Assembly: GCA_002269645.1 (NCBI GenBank)
Contig: NIVC01000696.1
Span: 124,001-188,000, forward strand
DNA from: Macrostomum lignano
Lineage: Eukaryota
Direction of reading: 5' to 3'
Length of the DNA stretch: 64,000 nt
Positions 37,683 to 49,001 of this stretch are shown here, piece by piece (the first letter of the stretch is position 1; each line of letters opens with the position of its first letter). Below the pieces are notes generated by a model. It did no database searches, was not told the DNA's origin, and worked only from the letters and a program-made list of their open reading frames with translations. Position numbers and translations under genes: made by a program.

Positions 37683-37853
37683 CATACATGCACAACCTTG
37701 GAAATTAATTGGCTGTTTCTATTGGCAACATACACATGTAAGTCGCTACTGGCTAAGAACATCACATGACTACTATTCTATTCAATAGTGACTTACATGT
37801 GTGTGTTGCCAAAAGAAATGGCTAGGTGAATCCCTAGGTTGCGCCCAAGCATG
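37683..37853. mobile_element. 171-bp sister MITE of the CATACATG family, without the 28S cassette
   Basis: Left CATACATGCACAACC, right GGTTGCGC..CATG, 8-bp TSD TTTGCAAT at 37675-37682 and 37854-37861; internal GTAAGTCGC / GTGACTTAC inverted pair. Confidence 0.75.
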
Positions 37854-38382
37854 TTTGCAATTAAAAGTAAGATGAGACTCAGACTCAGAGAAGTGCAAAT
37901 TAATTGGAGTCTTACTCCACTTACAATATCAGATTGTCTAGTGTTAACTCTTACTCTGTTGAAGAGAACTCTTCTTGAAACATTTTACATATTCAAATAT
38001 TTTTGATGTTGGGCCTTTTCATATTGTTTGTTTTGGTTCTAGAACCAAATAAAATTTGTAAAGTAAAACTTTTTGGCTCCTAAACTATGGGGATATTCGT
38101 GCTATAAAGTTGTAATTTTTTAATGGGAATAGCTAAGAAGAAAGTGAAAAATTGTGCGCAGAGTCAAGACAAAGACAAATGAGGCTGTTATGTTATGGTA
38201 TTCAAACATTCAACAAAGTTAAATAGTTATACTGTTTTTTCAGATTGTCTGTCAGTGTTGAAAGAAAAGGCTGTTTGCAAAGCAAAAACATTGAATCAAA
38301 AGTAAAATACCTAGACTGATTTTAAGTTTCGTAACTTTTTTAGACCAGAAAAATCAAAGTTATTTCTACATTTGTTGTGGTA

Positions 38383-38620
38383 GCGAATCCAAGTCAAAAC
38401 GGCCACACGCAAAAAACGGCCTCTCACACAGAACGGCCACACCGTCAAAACGGCCATCACGTCAAAACGGCCATCACGTCAAAACGGCCACATACAACAA
38501 ATTTGGATGGCCGCACCATCAAAGCGGCCACACATAACAAATTTTTATAAGGTGTTGACACAGCGTTAGTTTATTTCGTCATACAATGTGCAAATATGTT
38601 TATATATGTGGAAATATATT
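38383..38620. repeat. GTCAAAACGGCCAC subterminal-type repeat block; partly duplicated at 39325-39475
   Basis: Five or more AAAACGGCC words; the stretch to GTTAGTTTATTTCGTCATACAATGTGCAAATATGTTT recurs ~870 bp downstream; probably the end of the FLYWCH element (inference). Confidence 0.7.
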
Positions 38621-38722
38621 TAAAGTATATTCACAGTTTTTAACTTAGGCAAGTGTCAATTGTGAACCTTGTATGGTGCACGACAAATACACTTTTCTTG
38701 AGTGTATAGAGTAATAGTTGAG

Positions 38723-39112
38723 GGTGGGCCGTAGCCCAGGTGTAGCTACTCCCCAGTGGCAAAGCCACTCGGCCACCCGGCATTAGATCGGCTGGTGTGC
38801 CAGCGACCCAGGCTCGATTCCAATTAGTGCAGTCATTAATTTGGGGCTGAATCGGAATCTTGGCTTGGCTCGCTCGTGCAATTAACGGCCTTGAGAGCCA
38901 ACCCCCAAGGCGCAGTCAAGTGTACAGGCGTAACGATAATATAAAGTTAGGGCCGCTGTACACTCCTGTGTGAGTGTGTGCCTGCGTACGTATCCGCGCG
39001 CTTGTATGCCTACTCCGGGGAGTCTCGGCGGCCTGGGCAATAATGCCTCTCGCCGGTTGTTGTGTGCCTATATGTGTACCAGGGTGCACACAACCCCCTG
39101 TCTCTAATAAAA
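38723..39112 (+). mobile_element. tRNA-derived SINE, family with the GCCAACCCCCAAGG...GGCCGCTGTACAC body
   Basis: B-box-like GGCTCGATTCC; body shared with the copies at 49002, 53995 (minus), 56580 and 60265; ends in AATAAAAA. Confidence 0.8.
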
Positions 39113-39725
39113 AGAATAGAGTGATATGATAGCTTTTACAGTTTGCATTTTATTGTAATTTTAATTGCCACTTTTTGCATTTGCCACAATAAAATGAGTA
39201 GTGATGATCTAGCTGTGTCCGCTATGCTCATGCATTGTGCGACCGCGTCAGCACGCACTTTTTTTTGTGATGGCTGTCAGAGGTGGCATCATTGCTGTGT
39301 CTGACTGGTATACTCAGCAACATCGGCCACACCGTCAAAACGGCCACACGTCAAAACGGCCACATATAACAAATTTTTATAAGTTGCGTATGCGTAAGTT
39401 AGTTTAGTTGAGTTGAGTTAGTTGAGTTAGTTTAATGTTAGTTTATTTCGTCATACAATGTGCAAATATGTTTCTAAAGTTATCTAATTAAGTCTTTACG
39501 CTAACGTGTCAAGTTATTCGAGTTATTATATAGGTACTTGCTTACAGTCCAATGTTTAGACTTCGTAAGAAATTGCAGATCGGATTCGAAATTCAACTTG
39601 ATAAGAAACGCAGAGGACAATTTCGAATAAGTTTGCGAACAAATGTACATATTTAAACGAATGTGCGCCACAAAGTAAAATTAAAATTTGTAAAATCAGT
39701 TAAATTAGGTTGATGTCCTATAATT

Positions 39726-40398
39726 TCAAATGTCCGCAACCTCCTGCTTGAGCAGCTGCCACTGCTCGGGAGTGAGTGAGTCAGTGAGTAAAATGAGTAG
39801 GTGGGTCGGAAATAGTTTACTTATGCTGACTCGATCGACTATTTCAGCAGCTGGTCGAAACAGCTCGTTTCTGCCTGCTGCACGCAGTGCTGCACGGAGC
39901 TGCACATTTTGCAGCGTTTGGCGTACAGGGTAGTGATTGTGTTCGGCGTCACCGCGCTTGAATCCGTCGGCAGTTTGAATGACGCTGGCCGGGCACCTTG
40001 TCGTTGTGTTGCGCACACGCTGCACCGCCAGTAGGTTCTCGCTCCACGTGCCGACTTCTTTACGAAGGTGTTGCTATAGGAGGACACAACCTTCATCCTC
40101 CCTTTTTGGGAGCCTTGTGCCACAATGTCAAATGTCTCTGGCTCCTTTGACGACACACTCGACATTAAAGCGTGTAGAGTCATGGTTCGTCTATTGTGAA
40201 CTCTGGCTCAACCTCCGGCTCCTGCAGCGCTTTGCTTTCAGCGATGGGAAAGATTGTGCCATCAATCGTCTGCAGATGGCACGATGGAAAGTGACTCATG
40301 TGTCGTGTCACTCGTATCACCCATACTGACACTCTGACACTCTGATACTGACACTCACCTCAGCAAAAATGTCGTCCGCCTCTTCAGCAGCAGCAGCA
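39726..40398 (-). pseudogene. FLYWCH-domain transposase relic (Mutator-like), frameshifted
   Basis: Joining two frames gives EPETFDIVAQGSQKGRMKVVSSYSNTFVKK..RTYWRCS/VRNTTTRCPASVIQTADGFKRGDAEHNH, i.e. the F..Y..WRC..C..HNH pattern. Confidence 0.7.
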
Positions 40399-40399
40399 G

Positions 40400-40471
40400 C
40401 AGCACAGCTTCCAGACCGCCAAGCGGTGTGCTGGGGAACCTAGCCGAGGATGTCTAGGTACGAAAGGAAGC
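40400..40471 (+). ncRNA. Putative HDV-like self-cleaving ribozyme at the LINE 5' end
   Basis: P1 CAGCAC/GTGCTG, P2 GCTTCC/GGAAGC, P3 ACC/GGT, L3 GCCAAGC, P1.1 CC/GG, P4 ACCTAG/CTAGGT, J4/2 ACGAAA with C at 40461; 2 extra nt between P2 and P3. Confidence 0.7.
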
Positions 40472-40597
40472 ATACTGAAGCCGAACATCCAAGAAAGGAA
40501 CATTCACCATCGGAGGAGACCGAGGTCGCACCACCGTAGTACGGGCACCGGCACCGGCACAGTGAGAGGCAGCGCCTACAGGCCCTACAGAGCCGAC

Positions 40598-40648
40598 AGC
40601 AGGACCCTGCTGCTCAGAGCAGGCGACGTCGAGAGCAACTCGGGACCA
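40598..40648 (+). other. 2A-like (StopGo) sequence SRTLLLRAGDVESNSGP, one substitution from DxExNPGP
   Basis: agc agg acc ctg ctg ctc aga gca ggc gac gtc gag agc aac TCG gga cca; in frame with the first Cys pair of PHD1. Confidence 0.8.
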
Positions 40649-40669
40649 GCCAACACTCAAAGCTCCCTC

Positions 40670-41929
40670 TGCGGACTCTGCAGCAAACGAGCAAACGGGC
40701 CCTCGCTGCAAGGACTGCGAAGACCACCTTCACCTTAAGTGCAGCGGCCTGACTAGAGGAAGGTTCTACGCGCTGGAAAAGGCTGGCGACTGGACAGGTC
40801 CGTGCTGCCAAGGCAGCCGGCCAACCGCCAGCACCCCTGGCAAGGAGTAAGGGGCGCCGAGGCCCACGAGCGGCAAGCGACGAGGCGAGCAAAGAGCGAC
40901 GAGCGGCACGCCGTGCAAGCCAACCGAGACCCATGGCGACCAGGAGAACGAACGAACGAACGAACGAACGATCATGAGAACGAACGACCAAGAGATAGAA
41001 CCGTGGCCAGGGAACAACATCATCTGGGCCAAACTCAGGGGCTGGGCTTGGTGGCCGGCCGAGCGCCTGCAAGCGGAAGACGCGCCAGCCGCGCTCAGCC
41101 GCACTGCGCATGGCAGCAACGACGTGCCGGTCAGCTGGTTTGGCACCGGGCAGGTGTCCTGGATCAGGAAGGACAGCATCAGACCCTTCAGCAGGGAAGC
41201 CGGGTGCAGCAAGGCGGCGTCTGCCAGGCTACGCCAGGCAGTCGAGCTGGCCACAGCCGCCTTGGACAGGAAGGAAAGCCAGACGGCAGGAGCTGCGGAA
41301 GGCAGCATCGAAATACCGAGATCTGAGAAGGGCACGGAGGCGGGCAGGAGTGAACTCGAGAGCCTCAGCGAGGAGCGAGCCAGCACTATCAACTCGCCTG
41401 CGGAGAGGAGGACACTGAAGTCGATGACAGCCGGGAGAATCCGCCACCCAACCCAAAAACTAAAAAACCCGGCGGAACCCCGACGCCCGACCAAGTTGTC
41501 CCGCCAAGCAGGTCGAGCTACTGCGGCAAATGCGACCGCAAGATCAGGGCAGGCCATAACGGCATCCCGTGCACGCAGTGTGCCAGCGTCTTCCACCGCG
41601 CCTGTACGACAATCTCTCGCTGGAGACCAGCTGACGGAGCTAGCTGGATCTGCCAGCCCTGCGCCGTCAACAACAGATGCATGCAAGCCGAAAGCACAGC
41701 GGAGGCAGGACCATCCCACCGGCCCCGTCCAGTCCGGACCAGCTTGGAGGGCCCGCCCGCCGCTGCGAGGGCAGGCCGGTGTGCGGAATGCAAAAGGTAC
41801 AGGAGGAGAGGGCAAGGGGCCGAATGCAAGAACTGCGGCAAGAAAGTTCACTGGTCCTGCTGTCACAGCACCTACACCCGGAAGCAAGTCGAAGGACTGA
41901 AACGACGCGGCTGGACCTGCAACGAATGT
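40670..41929 (+). pseudogene. Chromatin-reader array of the LINE: PHD1 (40670-40808), PWWP (~40998-41190), PHD2 (41522-41662), PHD3 (41780-41929)
   Basis: PHD1 CGLC../CKDCEDHLHLKC..WTGPCC; PWWP IIWAKLRGWAWWPA...VSWFGTGQVSWI; PHD2 CGKC..CTQCASVFHRAC..WICQPC; PHD3 CAEC..CKNCGKKVHWSC..WTCNEC. Confidence 0.85.
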
Positions 41930-42054
41930 GCCCACGAGGCGGCGGCCAAGCCGGAGGGCACTGCACTCCCACCCACACCACCAACTGCGGCCCAGGCAAA
42001 GCCGGCAGGAGGGCATCAGAGGCCGGTAGGGCGCGTCAGAGGACAGTCGAACAG

Positions 42055-42745
42055 CAAGCTTACTATCATCCAATGGAACTGCGACCACTTCAAAGCCAAG
42101 GAGCCGGAACTCAGGGAGCTCGTGAGGCAGCAGAAAGCCGACGTCATTATGCTGCAAGAGAGCAAACTGAAGGCCGAGGACGAACTGATCGCCTGGCCAG
42201 CCTACACAGTGCTACGCGCTGACCGCAACCGGCACAGGCAGCATCACAGCGCGAGAGGAGGAGGCCTGGTGACCATCATCCGGCACGGGCTACGATTCGA
42301 AAGGATACAGACGCCAGTGACCAACTCGCCGCTAGAACTGCTCGGCGTCAGGCTCTACCTGGAGGCACACAGCGGGCAGGGCCTGGAACAACTACTGCTG
42401 ATCAACATTTACATTCCGCCTCAAGCGACCTGCAGCATGACAGCCACTGAGCTGCTGCAGATCCCAAGCGGCGAGAACCTGCTCCTGGCCGGCGACTGGA
42501 ATGCGCACCACGAGCTGTGGGACAACAGCTCCCCCAGGGACAGACGAGGCGAAGAGCTCGTCGACTGGATGGACGACCAGCTGCTGGCGGCGCTTAATGA
42601 TGGATCCACCACGCGAACCAGCCGTGACGGGGAGCACAGGTCTTCGCCGGACGTGACCATAGTCCCACAGGCGGAGCTAGACCAGTGGGAATGGCGGACG
42701 GCGAACAGGTTGAGCTCCGACCACCTGCCGATCATCATCAGCCGC
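42055..42745 (+). pseudogene. Apurinic-type endonuclease domain of the LINE
   Basis: IIQWNC, MLQESKL, NIYIPP, AGDWNAHH, SPDVT, SSDHLPI motifs. Confidence 0.92.
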
Positions 42746-42791
42746 AGGGAAGCGAACTCGGACCCGGACCCCAGCACTAGCTAGGAAGAAC

Positions 42792-45070
42792 ATGTGCTGG
42801 AACTGGAAGAAGGCGGACTGGCCGCTGTACCAACATCTGGTCAGGGAACATCTCAGGAACTCGAACCTCCAGATTCTCAGCAACTCGGAGCATGAAGAGC
42901 AGCTGCGAAGGTGCCTTGTGAAGGCGGCCCGCAAGGCGGTGGGCATGGTGGCCAGGAAGACCAGAAACGCGGTGTTCGTCGACGAGGAAGTCCAGCACCT
43001 GATGGCGGAAAGAGATAACCTCAGGGAAAGAGAGGGTATCGAGTCGGATGAAGGGAAGCACCTGGACCAACAGATCAGGAGGAAGCAGCAGGAGAGCAGG
43101 AGGGAACGATGGAGAGACAAGTTGGACAACAGTGCAACGGCGGACAAGATATGGTCACTGCTGAAACAGCTCAACGGCGCGGCGCCGCCCCAGAGCAGAG
43201 ACCAGATCCTAGAGCACGAAGGAAGAAGGTACAAGTCGAACAGAGCCAAGGCGAACATCATTGCGAAAGTGTACGCCAAGGTCAGCGCCAACACCGTCCG
43301 GGCCAGGCACAGATGGGCACGCAGAGAAATTAACGCCCGCCTGCGGCAAAGCGCCACTTCCCCCAATGCTGCGGACTGCCAAGCCCTGACCCTGGACGAG
43401 CTGCAAGCTGCGCTGCAGAGTATGGACGCCAACAGAGCCGCCGGCATGGACGGCCTCCACCCGAAGCTGCTGAAGGCGCTCCCCCGGGAGGCGCTACATG
43501 AGGTCCTAAGGCTGTTTAACCGGTTATATGACGGCGGCTTCGCTCCACAAAACTGGCGCACGGCCCGCATCACCGCTGCTTAAGAGCGGGAAACCCGCTA
43601 AGGACATAGGATCATACCGGCCGGTCAGCCTGACATCCAGCCTCGGCAAGTGGATGGAACGGGTGCTTGCGAACCGCATCAAGCATGTTCTTGAGTCCTC
43701 CTGCGGCCTCAGCGAAGCACAAGCGGGGTTCAGAGGAGGCAGGTCCACGGAAGACCAACTGCTCCGCCTGTCCCAATCGATCGACGACGCATTCCAAAAG
43801 CGGAAACTGACGGTCCTGGCGCTGTTCGACTTTGCGCGCGCCTTTGACAAGGTCTGGCGAGACGGGCTGCTGATCAAGCTACTCAACGCGGGCATTGGCC
43901 CGAAAACGGTCAGATGGATACAGGGCTGGCTAGAGAACAGGCTGGCGTGTGTCCGGGTTGGAGACGTCGACAGCAAGCGGGAACTTTTCCAGCAAGGGCT
44001 ACCGCAGGGCTCTGTGCTGTCGCCGCTGCTATTCATCGTCTTCATCGACGACCTCCTCAGGGAACTAGACTCAATCCCGGACCTGCAGGTTAGCGGCTAT
44101 GCGGATGATCTGGCCACCTGGACCAGCAGCAGAAGAGCCGCGGAGGCCTCGTCCACCCAGCAGGCGGCGGTCAACGTCCTGCAAGCTTGGAGTGAAGCAT
44201 GGCTGCTACCGGTTGCCACGGAGAAGTGCTCGCTCACCCTCTTCTCCAGCGACCCGGTGATGACCCCACAGAGGGCGGCGGCCCCGAACGTGGTGCTACA
44301 AGGACAGCCAATGCAATGGATCGAGGAGCAGCCTACATTCCTCGGGCTTACGTTTGATAGACAGCTGAGGTTCACAGCGCACGCGGACAACGTGATCCGC
44401 AACTGCCGGAACCGCCTCAACCTGCTGCGGCGCCTCGCGGGCAGCTCCTGGGGCTGGCAAGCCGAGCTCATCCGCAACACCTATATCGCCCTCATCCGCA
44501 GCAAACTGCTCTACGGGGCCTGTGCCTGGACGCCGTGGCTTACTAGCGCGGCCTGGCGTAAGCTCGAAGTAGTGCAGCGTAGCGTGGAGCGCATCATCAC
44601 CGGAGCGGTCGCTACCACCCCTGTTGAGGCCCTACGCTGCGAGAGCGGGCTACTCTCGATCCGGAACCAATGTGAAGTGATCTGGAACACAAAGCTGGAC
44701 CGGTGGCTCAGGCTTGAGACCAGTTCGCCAAGATACCGCCTTGGCAGCCAGCAGACCAGGCAAAGGCTGAAGAGGCAAGGCTGGAGAGTTCAGGCCAGCA
44801 GAGGTCTCGCCAACGCCGGCCTAGCCGAGGTGGCGAGGCTCGAGGACGCGACGGACCTCCCCCCTTGGCAGAGCTGGAGGGACAACATCACCTTCCTCGT
44901 CTCAACCGATGATGCAAGGCAAGAGACACGCGACGGCAATCTCGAGATGGCCCAAACGAGGATCAAGCAGGCCAGCCACGACCCCGACATCATCATCTAC
45001 ACGGACGGGTCGGTGCAGAAGGAGGGCGGTGGCAGCGGAGTGGTCATCTACCGGAAGGGACGCCTAACAG
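42792..45070 (+). pseudogene. Reverse transcriptase and N-terminal RNase H of the LINE (frameshifted)
   Basis: AAGMDG, SYRPVSLTS, QAGFR, FDFARAFDKV, LPQGSVLSPLLF, YADD; RNase H IYTDGS at ~44995. Confidence 0.93.
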
Positions 45071-45257
45071 CTAGGAGAACAAGTCGGCGTTCAGACCAGC
45101 CTCCGGAGGGCAGCCGGGCAGCCGGCCTCCTCGCTGCAAGCCGAGCTTACCGCCACCTTAACGAGCACCCGGAGGAGGCGCTAAGGTACTGGGCCTGGTA
45201 CCGCACACGGTGGAAAAGGAACGCATGGGATGTTCGCGCCTCAGCGACAACAACAAC

Positions 45258-45460
45258 GGGGTGCTGCACGGGGTGCACACAGCACAGGAGCTGCAGCAGC
45301 AGCAATGTCGGCAGCAGCAGCAGCTGCACGCGGTGCTGCACGGGGTGCACATGGCACAGTGCACTCCAAGCACTTCCACTCGAAGTGGTCTTGCCTTCGG
45401 AGCAGAGTGTATTTCTTTGCGGTGATGGCAGCATGTCAAGCGTATCAGTGTCTACCGTTT
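45258..45460 (-). pseudogene. Probable upstream (PHD-like) part of the FLYWCH transposase relic, separated from it by the LINE
   Basis: Minus frame H..ITAKKYTLLRRQDHFEWKCLEC then an Ala-rich linker that resumes as AAAAEEADD on the other side of the LINE; contains stops. Confidence 0.45.
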
Positions 45461-48400
45461 GAACGACCGCGCCCTGTTAAAGACCGCTCACCTACGACAA
45501 CGACTACCCTCCCCCCGGAATTGAGGACCCCGGCAGACGGAGTATCAATGAGAAAAAATCGATTCAAACTAGTCAGTGCAACTTTCCGGCTTTACTCGTG
45601 CCGAGATAAGGAAGGCGGCAGTTCAAAGTTCAAAGGCCGATACCCTTGCCATATTTTGCCTAGGCTTTCATATAACATATTTTTTTACAATAATCGCCAA
45701 ACATTTACACAAATTTCACGCAATACTTGTCTTTTTTTAATTCCTTACTTTTATTACTTCGTTAGTCGTTAAAGCTCCTTCAAAGTTTCGTTTATAACAT
45801 TTACGCGCTCTTTCAAATACTATATTGCAAAACTCGTAGATGGGTCGTTCTCAAAGTTTAGTCGTAAGCAGTGAAACAAATATTTTTGAAAATCAGCCTG
45901 AAATATTGAATCTTTTCTTATTTTAGCTCTAAAAGGACTTAAAAAATATATGCCTCTCATGGGTCTTAATCTTTTTTAACATTGAACTTTTGATGTTAAT
46001 CTCATCAGAGTGCGCTATTTCATTTTTCGATATATATTTTTATTATCGCACGAGCTATAATACCCACTTTAGAGAAGCTACATTCTGTTCACGTGGTCTT
46101 ATTAAAGAAGAAAATTGATAAATTTTATTTATAACTTTGGTTAACACAACCTAGAACCCATTTAACTCTTTCGATTGCAAAGCAGATGTTGCTATTTCGA
46201 TTTTTGCTAGAAACGTAACATTATGAATGATTAAAAATGCACTTTTAATTAATTTGTTCTGTTGATAGAATAAGCTAATAGCTGCGTTTTCTGCTGTTTT
46301 TTTTAAGAAAGATAGTCATATCTAACACTAAAGTATCAATTAAGGCAGTTTCATTCTATATTAAAAAAGAAAAGTTAAATAAATTCAATTTTAAGTTTTT
46401 TTCAATAGCACAAAATTAACCTAACAAAGAGAGATTTCGCTGACTACAACAAAGCAAGTAGCACCAAAGTTATTTTAATTTAAAGTCCTCATCTGTGGGA
46501 TGAGAAAAAGTACCACTTTTTTGTCTCTAGTTATGAAAAAAAAATTTCTCAGCATATTGTTAGGTTTTTTGGATGTTTTTTATGTACGCTCGTATTTAGA
46601 TGAATTTTTGCTATTAATCACCCAATATGTTAGTCAGAACAAACAGAATTTCATTTATGTAGATAAAATTGACTATTTTTCTCTTAAAAACAGTCGTTTT
46701 TTGTTGTTTTCACACAATTTTTTTAACTGATTTAAAATTTGTATTGTAAGTTACAAGTAAACATAATGAGTCAAAACAAGAGGTAGTAGAAACTGAAAAG
46801 AAAATAAGAGTAACGAATAATAAAAAAGTTGCATGATTTGATTAGTCAAGAAATAGTATAAAAACAATTTTGCATCTGATTTATTATCTATGAAGTTAGC
46901 TGTCTGAAGCACAAAAAATTAATTTCTTTGAAACATTAAATTCATTCTCATATGTTCTGCAATTCATTAAAGATATATATGTAGCAACTTAAACATTCAG
47001 TTGATACTTTCCACCTTTGGATGCATATAGCTACTAACAAGAAAAAAGACAAAAGAAAAAACTTAATTGCCATTGATGCTGGCAATGTAATATTAAATAT
47101 GGTACAGAAAGATGGAATCTCTACAGAGTGCTGCCACACGAATTTGTGAAGTGTTTAACAGATTAGTCATGGCAGTACCATAACAGACATACTATATTTT
47201 ATATTACTCTTCGATTGACAATTACGCTTTAGATATGTTTTAGATGATGATTTTCCATTGGGACTGACTCTATATACCGAGGCCAGACACAGTTAAGTGC
47301 GGCTGACAGCACTGAAGCGGCGGTTAACAGAGAATGCGATGAGCTGTGGCCTGTGGAGACAGCCAGCTGATGTACGAGCATCAGTAAAAGGGAAAGACAT
47401 CCAATAGTGTCTTGCTATTGGTTTGTTACATGTACAGCGAACATCTACTTTTATTCTAATGTGATCGATTTAATTCTACTGACCCAATTGGCTAAAGCAC
47501 TGTAAACTGCACACCTCTCGGACGGATATGTAATGCCATTTGCTGCACTTTTACCTGTTTCTCTGCCAGAACACCAGCATCATTGTATGTGCCACAATGC
47601 TAAGATGTGCAGTGGTCCTTTGGATGTGGTTAGTTCTGCAGGCATCGACGTAATTTATCAAATGAGACGAATTGTATACCGAGCATGACAGCTAGTGCAG
47701 GGCCAGAATCGATTACAGAGGTTCGCCAGAGCAATTGCAGTGATCCATGTGGCTGCCGAGTCAGACGTCTGTAATAGGCTAATTAACTTACCAAGACCAA
47801 AGTATTTAATTTAAATTTATAAGCTGTTCTTTTAGTAGTTATGCAGCATAAGAAAATAGTATAGTAAAATAGTAAAATAGTATTAAAGCTATGTTGCAGA
47901 ATATAAATGCTTGCTGAATTATTTTTAAAAAAAACGCAAGTCTGTTCGAAAAAAGATACATGCATTTTAGGTTTTAAAAGAAATGGCTTCCTAGCTCGTT
48001 TACTATATATATTCTAATTCAAAAAAACTTTTAATGCTTTAAAAGACATATTTTGCAAGCCTAATTTTTAGCTAAACCAGTTTTGTATATTTTAAGCATC
48101 ATATTTCGGTGTTTAAGTACAATATTAAATTCTTGAGTGGTACAATATCAATTATTTCGGGTGTTTCTTGTTACGCGATAATTTTAAATACAAGCAATTT
48201 ATACGAAAAAAACAAAATGTTGATTTAAAAATAACATTTTCTATTGAAATAATACTTATTAAATAGTAAACATAGAATAAAAGATGTATCTAATTTATAA
48301 AAAAATAAAAGAAAACTTGCATTATTTCACAATTTTTGGTCGTTTTATTTTCCGTTGCGAAAAATAACAAATTGCTAGATTTCGTCTTAAATATTTGGTT

Positions 48401-49001
48401 TCTTGTGGTTTTAACGGCAGTTTTTTAATTAAATTGACGAAAGAATCGTTTTTGCAAAATAATTACTTTATTCAAAAACTTTTTTTTCTGTACCAAAACA
48501 TCATGACCTTAATTTGAGAACTACCCAGATCATCGGACTTAAATAACTCATGCATAAATATTGCCTTCTAATCTTGAATTATTCTTAAATATATTCCCTT
48601 TTCTTTTCTCCGCCCCTGGCACATCACAGAGAGCCCAAAAAAATTCAGTCGGCAGCAGCCCCCTGCCTGAAAGGTGGCGTGGAATGGCCATGGCCGGCCT
48701 GAAGTAGATTTTAATTAGATTAGGCCTAGATAGGCTTAAGATTAGGCCTAATTGATTTTTTTAACTAGATACTGCAGTGCATTACAATTTACTATTGCGT
48801 AATAGGTAATATACATCTAAAGAGTAAAGACTAAATATAATGAATAGAAATCTTTAAGTGCCTGGAGTCAGTGGAGTGGTCTAATTCTGTGTGACTCATA
48901 TGAGTGTGTATAGACAGACAATATGATAGACCTACTAGCTTTCATTTAGATTAAACTATAAGAATAATTTAATGTAGGCCTATGCATATGCCCAAGTTTC
49001 T

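Larger units (their letters stand above)
40400..45257 (+). mobile_element. Degenerate full-length non-LTR retrotransposon, Ingi-like: ribozyme, 2A-like motif, PHD-PWWP-PHD-PHD, APE, RT, partial RNase H, (CAA)n tail
   Basis: Domains read directly in order; at least five lesions (frameshift near 40695, TAA at 40848, shift near 41350, CTAG duplication at 42777-42784, short deletion near 43575); ACAACAACAAC tail ending 45257. Confidence 0.9.

Noticed and set aside
40766-42157. 463-aa minus-strand ORF
   Set aside because: Antisense shadow of the GC-rich LINE coding region; no domain features.
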